The notes beneath the pieces are model-generated. The model did no database searches, was not told where the DNA came from, and saw only the letters and a list, made by a program, of their open reading frames with translations. Positions 7,816-14,267 of a stretch of 14,267 bases of DNA are shown piece after piece. Each line of letters starts with the position of its first letter. Within the stretch, counting starts at the first letter, position 1. The translations under genes and the position numbers were made by a program. Source of the stretch: an uncultured bacterium (lineage in GTDB: Bacteria; Hydrogenedentota; Hydrogenedentia; Hydrogenedentales; JAEUWI01); the NCBI GenBank assembly GCA_963977445.1, contig CAXBPH010000182.1, forward strand, positions 1 to 14,267, in the 5' to 3' direction.

Positions 7816-9167
7816 CCCACCAACACGATAGCCTCACCCATCTGAAGGACCACATCATTGATGGCGGACTCTGCACCCGCTGTGGCACCTGCGTGGGTAT
7901 TTGCCCGGCGGAGAAGCTTCATTTTACCGATATGCTGGACCAGTGTTTGCCGGAAATAGACGACACCATCGACTGCAGCGACTGCGATGGACTGTGCCTC
8001 GCGGCGTGTCCCGGTGAGCACGTCGATTTTGCCGCACTCAACCGGCAGGTGACGGGCTCCCTGCCGGAAAATATGCTCCTGGGAAACGCCTTGTCGTGGC
8101 ACGTAAGTTGGGCCGACGATGAAACCATTCGGGCCGCCGGAGCCAGTGGGGGGGCCATTACGGCGATGGCACGCTATCTCCTCGAATCGGGCACGGTCCA
8201 GGGCGTGGCGTGTCTCATAGACGATCCCGAGTCGCCTTTGTTGCCCCGCCCCGTGATTGCAACGGACCTGGATACACTCCGTCAATCACAGCAGAGTAAA
8301 TATTCCCTCGCACCACTCAACACCGTGTTGCGCGACATTGCTGCCTTTGATGGGCAGGTGGCTATGGTCGCCCTGCCGGACCAGGTGCATGCCCTGCGAA
8401 AACTGGAGGCCCTGGGGCACCCCGTAATGCAGAAGATTACGGTCATCCTCGGCTCCTACTGCGGGGCCATTCAACACTTCACGGCGATTCGCGCCTTTCT
8501 GCGAAAAAACGGCTTGCGCGACCTCAACGCAGTGAAGAAAGTCGAATATCGCGCCGGGGCCTGGCCGGGCAAACTGCGTGTGACCATGGCGGATGGCCAA
8601 ACACTGGAACTCGACAAGTTTTACGCGAACTACATGACCCTGTTTTATTCGGTGGAACGTTCCATGCTCTGCGTCGACCTTTCCAACGAGCTGGCCGACA
8701 TCTCCTTTGGCGATGCCTGGGCACCCCGCTATGAAGAGCGGGCAGAAGGCTTCAGTCTCCTCGCCGTGCGCACGGAAGCGGGGCGGGCCGTGTTTGAGGC
8801 GTGCAGCAGCGCCGGTGTCATCCACAACGAAGCCACCGACCTGGATGACGCCCTCTCTATGCATTCCCACGGACTCTATAACAAAAAATACGCCGTCTGG
8901 AGTCGCATCCGACTCCGTCGCTGGATGGGACAGGCCGCTCCGGACTATGGCTACACCGCCCGGTGCACGGCACGACAACAAATCGTTGGCCTGGGCCTGG
9001 CCGTAGTCTTCTGGATGGGCCGCACCCCGCTGGCCCGGGGAATCGTGCAGTGTCTGCCCCTGGAGCTGACGGGCCGCGTCTTTCTCTTTGTCCGCAAGCG
9101 CTGGCGTAACGCAACCCGGCCCAAGCGCAATAGTCAGGTAAAAGTCTATGACGTCCTCTGGAAATAG
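7812..9167 (+). CDS. FrhB/FdhB-like (coenzyme F420 hydrogenase beta-subunit family) Fe-S flavoprotein with N-terminal 2x[4Fe-4S] ferredoxin domain
   Basis: CTRCGTCVGICP and CSDCDGLCLAACP ferredoxin motifs; GASGGAITA, QSKY, VALPDQV, LGSYCG, EYRAGAWPG and LADISFGDAW family motifs; hydrophobic and basic C-terminal extension. Confidence 0.88.
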   Translation: MTHQHDSLTHLKDHIIDGGLCTRCGTCVGICPAEKLHFTDMLDQCLPEIDDTIDCSDCDGLCLAACPGEHVDFAALNRQVTGSLPENMLLGNALSWHVSWADDETIRAAGASGGAITAMARYLLESGTVQGVACLIDDPESPLLPRPVIATDLDTLRQSQQSKYSLAPLNTVLRDIAAFDGQVAMVALPDQVHALRKLEALGHPVMQKITVILGSYCGAIQHFTAIRAFLRKNGLRDLNAVKKVEYRAGAWPGKLRVTMADGQTLELDKFYANYMTLFYSVERSMLCVDLSNELADISFGDAWAPRYEERAEGFSLLAVRTEAGRAVFEACSSAGVIHNEATDLDDALSMHSHGLYNKKYAVWSRIRLRRWMGQAAPDYGYTARCTARQQIVGLGLAVVFWMGRTPLARGIVQCLPLELTGRVFLFVRKRWRNATRPKRNSQVKVYDVLWK

Positions 9168-9176
9168 AGCCCCTCG

Positions 9177-10133
9177 ATGAACCCTCGTGTTGCGCTGGCG
9201 TTGAAACTTCTGTGTGGTGGGGCCCTTCTGGCCGTGCTCTTTTTCTTGGTCGATCGGGAGGCACTCCAGACGGTGCTTTCCCAACTCAACTACTGGGTCC
9301 TCGTATCCCTGCCTGTTTTTTATCTCTACACGGGCGTGCGGGCACTCCGGTGGCAATGTATCCTCCGGGCACAGGGAGTTCACTTGCCCTTTGCCCTGGC
9401 GAACCGACTCTATCTGAGTGGCACCTTTCTCGGGCTCATTTCACCCGGCCGTGTCGGTGAGGTATACCGCGCCTGGGGCCTCCTCCGTGAGCGCAAGGTG
9501 AACGCGGGACTTGGGATTGCCTCGGTACTCATTGATCGCCTGTCGGACATTGCGGTCCTCTTTCCTGTGGGCTGCGCGGGCTGGCTCTATTTGCTGCAGC
9601 AAGGCTACGGCGATATACGAGGCGCCTTTGTCGTGCCTCCTTTTCTCTCGCCCGCACAAATCGCTGGAAAGCGTTTTCTCCGCACCCAGTTCAAACGTAT
9701 TATGCGTCACATGCCCGCTGCGGTGGCCAACGAGCTCCCCACGGCCTATCGACACTTTGTGACCAGTCTGCGAAGCATGTCGGTGGGATTGGTCGTGCAG
9801 ATCACCCTGCTCACGCTGGTGGCCATTTTTATCTATAGTGCGCACCTCTATTTCATTGCCCAGGTGCTCGGACTGCCCCTCAGTTTCCTGGAAGTGGTGG
9901 GTGTGCTGGCGGCATCGGCGTTCATCAATATGTTGCCCATCTCCCTCAATGGACTGGGCACCCGCGACGCCTTTCTGGTGGCTACCCTCCCCTTTTTAGG
10001 TGTGGAGCGCCCGGCAGCGTTCGGATTTGCCCTGGTCTTTTTGTTACTCTTTGTGGCAAACACCCTCATGGCCTTTCCCTTCTGGTTGTATGGAAAACGC
10101 CACACGGGTGAGGCCACTAGTAGCGCCGCTTAA
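9177..10133 (+). CDS. Lysylphosphatidylglycerol-synthase-TM / UPF0104 flippase-like membrane protein
   Basis: RALRWQCIL, SPGRVGEVYRA, SVLIDRLSD and LPISLNGLGTRD motifs; about 8 hydrophobic segments. Confidence 0.88.
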   Translation: MNPRVALALKLLCGGALLAVLFFLVDREALQTVLSQLNYWVLVSLPVFYLYTGVRALRWQCILRAQGVHLPFALANRLYLSGTFLGLISPGRVGEVYRAWGLLRERKVNAGLGIASVLIDRLSDIAVLFPVGCAGWLYLLQQGYGDIRGAFVVPPFLSPAQIAGKRFLRTQFKRIMRHMPAAVANELPTAYRHFVTSLRSMSVGLVVQITLLTLVAIFIYSAHLYFIAQVLGLPLSFLEVVGVLAASAFINMLPISLNGLGTRDAFLVATLPFLGVERPAAFGFALVFLLLFVANTLMAFPFWLYGKRHTGEATSSAA

Positions 10134-10158
10134 CAATCGATTTCGTAGGGGAGTTTCA

Positions 10159-11850
10159 TTGCGCATAACGCCACTACAAAATTTTATTGACCGCTATCAC
10201 CAGGCGATTGCCCCCTATGATCGGGTCCAATTGCTGTCGCCCGGGCGTATGCCCGCCCTGCGTCAGGTGAATGGGCTGGTTGTGGCGACCCTGCTCCTTT
10301 TTGTCGCCATCGGTTTCGCCCTCATCCTGGGGGGCTACGTGGACAACAAGCCCACGACCGCCAGCACGGGACTCATGGCGGCCCACCGTCAGGTCACGTT
10401 GAATCTCGCGGGCTGGTTTAACGATGGTATCTGGTGGCGGAACAAACAGACACCAACGCCACTGCCCTTCACCATTCATGGGTTCTTCTTCGCCCTCTTT
10501 GGCTATTCCATTCGTGGAATCCTCTGTCTGCACATCGTGGTAAGCGCACTGGCGGCCGCTTTGCTGTTCCGCATCACCGCACGTCGCTTCGGAGCCTGGA
10601 CCGGGTACCTCGCTCTGCTCCTCTACGCCACGGCACCCCTGCCGCTACATGTAACCCTCAGTGGCTGGACCTTTGTCTGGGCCACCTTCTTCCTCTTACT
10701 CGCCCTCGATTTGATGGACAAGGCCGTGTTGGCGAAGCGCATTCCCTATTATCTGCTCTCGGGGCTAGTCCTGGGGTGCGCGGGCATGAGTCGTCCAGAG
10801 AATTATGCCGTGGCTCTGTTGGTAATCCTCTTCGTAAACATTCCCTTGCGCTATCGCGTGGCTTTTCTCTTGTGTGTCTTCGCCTATCCCATTGCCCAAT
10901 ACCTCCACAACAACCTCTATCTTGGTGATCGCCCCGGCTTGCGCATTCTCCACGATGCCCGCAATGAAATGGACCAAATCGCCATCCTTCGGGAATGGAT
11001 TGGCAGCGTGCGGCGCAGTATTCTTGACCAGAATTTCGCCCCCTTCCTTCAGTGGCTGCTCGTCCCTGCGGTGCTGTTCTTTGGAATACGGCGACAACGT
11101 TTCTTAACGGCCCTTGTCGCCTACTTTTTCATTGCCCTCATGGGGGCCTACGTCATGCGCCGTATTTCCTTCAATCACGTGGGCTACTACTACGCCCACG
11201 TCACCTTGTTGTTGCCCTTTCTGGCGGCCCTCCTGGTTGGATTGACCCGCACAGTAGCAACGGGGCTTCGCAAGCTGTCGGTCCCGCCCCGCATGGCCCT
11301 CACGCCTGCCCTGCTGGCCTTGATTGGGGTGCTGGCCTTCAACGCCGATTCTCTCCAGGGAGCCTATGACAAGTACGTGTTTTACCGGGTCCCCGAGACC
11401 GTTCGAGAGGTCCGTGACTACTTGCTGGACCATCTTACGCCGGAGGATCACCTTAGCCTGGATTACTTCGAGGAAGTTTCCTGGATGCTCGCTGAAATCG
11501 AGGGGCCTGCCGGGCGCGACCTTTACTATTATGAAATTAACGTAAGTGATATTCCCCGCCCCCGGGTCAACGCGGCACGCAAAGACGTGGCACCCTCAGA
11601 GCAGAAGATCATGAACAACTGGGTCGCCCAGAACTACGCGATCTGGTATCAGGTGAAGGCACCACGCTACCTCGTGACCCTTTCCGATAGCGCCTGGGCA
11701 CGGGAACTCGCCAATCCGGAAGCCATGGGCCATTACCGCATGTATAGCCTGCGGCCCGCGCTGGGCACCGAAGTTCCCGGGGCCCACTATCTGGGCGGTA
11801 CGGTGGTCTTTGAAAACGCCGATTTCGTCATCGTCGAGTATCCAAAATGA
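10159..11850 (+). CDS. GT-C-fold membrane glycosyltransferase (ArnT/PMT_2-like), about 563 aa
   Basis: Polytopic N-terminal two-thirds (PLPFTIHG, LLFRITARRFG, YYLLSGLVLGCAGMSRPE) and a soluble C-terminal domain (VREVRDYL...PRYLV...VFENADFVIVEY). Start placed at TTG 10159 after AGGGGAG; ATG 10249 is an alternative. The ORF-track start at 10000 overlaps the upstream gene. Confidence 0.7.
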   Translation: MRITPLQNFIDRYHQAIAPYDRVQLLSPGRMPALRQVNGLVVATLLLFVAIGFALILGGYVDNKPTTASTGLMAAHRQVTLNLAGWFNDGIWWRNKQTPTPLPFTIHGFFFALFGYSIRGILCLHIVVSALAAALLFRITARRFGAWTGYLALLLYATAPLPLHVTLSGWTFVWATFFLLLALDLMDKAVLAKRIPYYLLSGLVLGCAGMSRPENYAVALLVILFVNIPLRYRVAFLLCVFAYPIAQYLHNNLYLGDRPGLRILHDARNEMDQIAILREWIGSVRRSILDQNFAPFLQWLLVPAVLFFGIRRQRFLTALVAYFFIALMGAYVMRRISFNHVGYYYAHVTLLLPFLAALLVGLTRTVATGLRKLSVPPRMALTPALLALIGVLAFNADSLQGAYDKYVFYRVPETVREVRDYLLDHLTPEDHLSLDYFEEVSWMLAEIEGPAGRDLYYYEINVSDIPRPRVNAARKDVAPSEQKIMNNWVAQNYAIWYQVKAPRYLVTLSDSAWARELANPEAMGHYRMYSLRPALGTEVPGAHYLGGTVVFENADFVIVEYPK

Positions 11851-11906
11851 CCGCACCCGAAAGATGGCACGGGCAGATTCAAACTGTGAATACTTCGAGT
11901 GTTCGT

Positions 11907-11936
11907 TTCGTGCGCGGCGCCACTGGCGGGTATACT
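11907..11936 (+). promoter_or_regulatory. Possible promoter for the TPR gene
   Basis: TATACT at 11931-11936 with a weak -35 (TTCGTG, 18-nt spacer) in the 162-nt intergenic gap. Confidence 0.3.
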
Positions 11937-12012
11937 GGTTGATCTCGGTTACGGACTGAGGCATTCCGCTGTATCAACAAGCAATTGCGTAGACAAAGAG
12001 GTCCATCGCACC

Positions 12013-13968
12013 ATGTATTACTTGAAAACTGCACCCCGGGCTCTGGGGATATTGTTCAGCCTTGTGGTTGCCTTCGCGGGCGTGAACCACGATGCTGCGG
12101 CCCAGCCCAACACACCCCTTGAAAAGCTCAAGGCCATGGCGGCAGACACCAACACCACGCCGGACCTCGCATCGGCCTGTTTGCTGGGCTCCCAGTTGCT
12201 GCGGCCCAACGTGGACCCGGCCGCCTATCTCAAGCAATTGGATGAAATGGCGGCCGAACTGAAGACGCCGCTGGGAAATGCCTTGACGTCGCTGGACAAC
12301 GTCAACACCCTCTCCGAGTATATTTTTAATTTTCGGGGCTACGCCAACAGCACCGTATTGCCGGCCGATATTTTTGTGGGTCTGGATCAGGTGATCGATG
12401 GCCAGCAGTGGAATTGTGTGGGCATGTCGGTACTTTATGTAACCCTGGGCCAACGGGTCGGCATTCCATTGCGTCTCGTTGCCGGCCGGGGCCATGTGCT
12501 GGTCGCCTTTTCCGGAAACACCACCTTTTATGCCGAGACAACCCTGGGGGGACGGCTCGAACCGGACCGGACCTATCTCAGGGATTATCTGCCTTTTCCC
12601 TGTGTGGACCCGGCCAGCTATGAAGCCCTGGATGAGCGGGGTGCCATTGCCCTGTGCCTGACCCAGATGGGCCTGGCCGTGCAGCAGGAAGAGCGCGTCC
12701 AACTCGCAACAACCCTTTTCGAGCTCGCCCTCGAATTCTCTCCGGACTACGCCGAAGCCCTCGGCGGATTGGCCTTCATCCAGGTGGGTGAAAAGAAGTA
12801 TCCCGAGGCGATTGTTAACTTTCGGAAGGCCGTATCGATTGCCCCCGACTTTCGAGAGGCCTTTGGTGGCCTGGGCAATGCCCTGAGCGCCCAGGGAGAC
12901 AAGGGTGGGGCGATGGACGCCTACCGAACTCTCGTTTCCCTCTGTCCCGATGATGAAATCGCCCTGTTTAACATGGGCCAGCTTTTACACGACGCAGGCG
13001 ACCTGGATGGTTCTATTGCTGCCTTTGAGCGCTATATCGAACTGGTTCCGGAAGATCCCGATGGGTACCGTCGCATAGCCTACACGTTGGAAGACAGCAA
13101 CAATCTGGAACGTGCGGCGGAAGCCTATAAGCGCGTACTCCAGCTTTCCCCCAACGATGTAGATGCACTGGCCAATCTTGGTCACCTTTTTGAGCAGGTG
13201 GGCGATCTCAATTCGGCCATGGCAGCCTATAGCCAGGCACTGGATATCTTTCCAAGCCATCTGCAGGCCATGGCGGGAACGGGCCGACTCCTGGGCACTG
13301 CCGGTCGCTATGAAGATGCCCAACGTATCCTGCGCCGCGCGATTGGGTTCTACCCGGCGGAGAGCTTTCTCCTGGTGGACCTGGGACGACTTTTTCAAGA
13401 CAACCGCAGCTACCGCAACGCCATTGCGGCTTTCCAGGAAGCGACGCGCATCGCTCCCGACGACACGGAAGGCTACTATGCCCTCGCCGAGGTCCTCGAA
13501 ATTGTGGGCATGAAAGAAGAGGGAGCACGGGTTCGTATTCAGGCACAAAATATCGACGCCGAATTGGCGGAATCGGAACGTTTTTCCTTACCAGGAGGCA
13601 CCGTTGCGGTACCGACGGACACGGAAACGGAAACAGAACCTGGATTCGGTCCGCCCATGGCAGAGGAAGTCCCAACGCCGGTGACCGAGGGTGACACCGC
13701 CGCCATGCCCGCAGAAGATGCAGAACCCACCACACCCGCCGGCGACCAAGCCACCCCACCCGCGGGTGATGAAGCCATGGTGACTCCGCCGCTCGTAGAA
13801 ACGCCCGTCACGCTTCCACCGATTACCGAGACCCCCGCAGGCGATGGAACGACGGCCGAGGTCCCTGTACCGGCTCCGGCACTCCCCCGCTTACCCTCAA
13901 CCAAACCCGCCGCACCGGTGGCGCCGGTGGCGCCGGTGGCGCCGGCCGAAGAGACCGCACAACCATGA
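12013..13968 (+). CDS. Exported TPR protein with N-terminal SirB1/transglutaminase-like domain and Pro/Thr/Ala/Glu-rich tail, about 651 aa
   Basis: ATG 12013 follows GAGG. Signal peptide ending DAAA-Q. SirB1-like segment (YLKQLDEMA...LDQVID...NCVGMSVLY...RVGIPL...GHVLV...YAETT), roughly 8 TPR units (e.g. EAFGGLGNAL...AMDAYRTLVSLCP; ALANLGHLF...AMAAYSQALDIFP), and a low-complexity C-terminus. Confidence 0.85.
   Translation: MYYLKTAPRALGILFSLVVAFAGVNHDAAAQPNTPLEKLKAMAADTNTTPDLASACLLGSQLLRPNVDPAAYLKQLDEMAAELKTPLGNALTSLDNVNTLSEYIFNFRGYANSTVLPADIFVGLDQVIDGQQWNCVGMSVLYVTLGQRVGIPLRLVAGRGHVLVAFSGNTTFYAETTLGGRLEPDRTYLRDYLPFPCVDPASYEALDERGAIALCLTQMGLAVQQEERVQLATTLFELALEFSPDYAEALGGLAFIQVGEKKYPEAIVNFRKAVSIAPDFREAFGGLGNALSAQGDKGGAMDAYRTLVSLCPDDEIALFNMGQLLHDAGDLDGSIAAFERYIELVPEDPDGYRRIAYTLEDSNNLERAAEAYKRVLQLSPNDVDALANLGHLFEQVGDLNSAMAAYSQALDIFPSHLQAMAGTGRLLGTAGRYEDAQRILRRAIGFYPAESFLLVDLGRLFQDNRSYRNAIAAFQEATRIAPDDTEGYYALAEVLEIVGMKEEGARVRIQAQNIDAELAESERFSLPGGTVAVPTDTETETEPGFGPPMAEEVPTPVTEGDTAAMPAEDAEPTTPAGDQATPPAGDEAMVTPPLVETPVTLPPITETPAGDGTTAEVPVPAPALPRLPSTKPAAPVAPVAPVAPAEETAQP
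13615..13638 (+). repeat. Degenerate 6-bp coding tandem repeat (TDTETETE)
   Basis: acggac acggaa acggaa acagaa. Confidence 0.6.
13912..13947 (+). repeat. 9-bp coding tandem repeat, about 4 copies (APV APV APV APA)
   Basis: gcaccggtg gcgccggtg gcgccggtg gcgccggcc. Confidence 0.8.
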
Positions 13969-14037
13969 CGATGCCACCACGACAGGCTGGGGCCCCTGCA
14001 CCCGGCTCGCCGCACCCGGCCACGGAAGCTCGATGTC

Positions 14038-14267
14038 GTGGGTAAAGAGATTTTTATCAATGCGGCGACCTCCCGTTCCCTTCACCCCGCGTTGGTGGGC
14101 CGTGCCGTGCTCCACGGCTTCCGCACGTCGCGCTACACGGCCTATCGGCTGGCACTGAAGGACATCAAGGGAGCGTATGCCAAGACCAGTCTCGGTCTTT
14201 TCTGGGATCTGGCCGACCCCCTCATGTTTGGGGCCATTTTCTATTTCCTGGTGGCCGCGGGCATCTT
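14038..14267 (+). CDS. wzm: ABC-2 polysaccharide/O-antigen export permease (Wzm/TagG-like), 3'-truncated
   Basis: Not in the ORF track. Frame 1 from GTG 14038 (GGAAG upstream) reads MGKEIFINAATSRSLHPALVGRAVLHGFRTSRYTAYRLALKDIKGAYAKTSLGLFWDLADPLMFGAIFYFLVAAGI to the window end, matching the Wzm pattern 'L..RD.K.RY..S.LG..W....PL'. Confidence 0.85.
   Translation, partial: MGKEIFINAATSRSLHPALVGRAVLHGFRTSRYTAYRLALKDIKGAYAKTSLGLFWDLADPLMFGAIFYFLVAAGI

Noticed and set aside
7812..9167. Interpretation as a true F420-reducing hydrogenase subunit (methanogen or archaeal origin)
   Set aside because: No frhA/frhG or maturation genes are present, and the outer-membrane porin and glycan context indicate a diderm bacterium with a repurposed homologue.
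10000..10158. ORF-track N-terminal extensions (also 3170-3250, 3413-3466 and 11899-12012)
   Set aside because: They overlap neighbouring genes or promoter-like sequence. The downstream starts have RBS-like motifs and, for the three exported proteins, give clean signal peptides.
13590..13950. Repeats considered as a CRISPR array or mobile-element ends
   Set aside because: They are short in-frame coding repeats without spacers, and no cas, transposase or integrase gene is present.
3467..13968. Synthase-dependent alginate-type secretion system (AlgE porin + GT2 + TPR)
   Set aside because: The GT2 is a short DPM1/GtrB type rather than a processive Alg8/BcsA synthase, and the porin is separated from the operon by a terminator and a new promoter.
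13966..14037. TPR gene and wzm are in the same frame separated by a single TGA (readthrough or selenocysteine fusion)
   Set aside because: Fusing an exported protein to an inner-membrane permease via a disordered tail is implausible, I see no SECIS-like hairpin, and wzm has its own GTG with an RBS-like sequence.

Overview
GC-rich bacterial genomic window with four modules and no rRNA, tRNA, CRISPR array or mobile element that I can see. (1) An arsenic resistance operon, arsR (5'-truncated)-arsC-acr3, at 1-1912. (2) A minus-strand exported sulfatase-family gene with non-canonical active-site motifs, divergent from an alginate-export (AlgE-like) outer-membrane porin that ends in an intrinsic terminator. 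(3) A compact five-gene surface-glycosylation operon at 5168-11850: a GT2 polyprenyl-phosphate glycosyltransferase, an uncharacterised alpha/alpha-toroid protein, an FrhB-like Fe-S flavoprotein with altered cluster ligands, an LPG-synthase-TM (flippase-like) protein and a GT-C-type membrane glycosyltransferase. (4) An exported SirB1/transglutaminase-like TPR protein with a Pro/Thr/Ala/Glu tail, followed by the start of a Wzm-type ABC permease that the ORF track misses. Module 3 is the best candidate for an undescribed system: it looks like a GtrABC/Arn-type lipid-linked sugar pathway with two unexplained tailoring enzymes inserted. All family calls come from motif recognition by eye; no database search was run.
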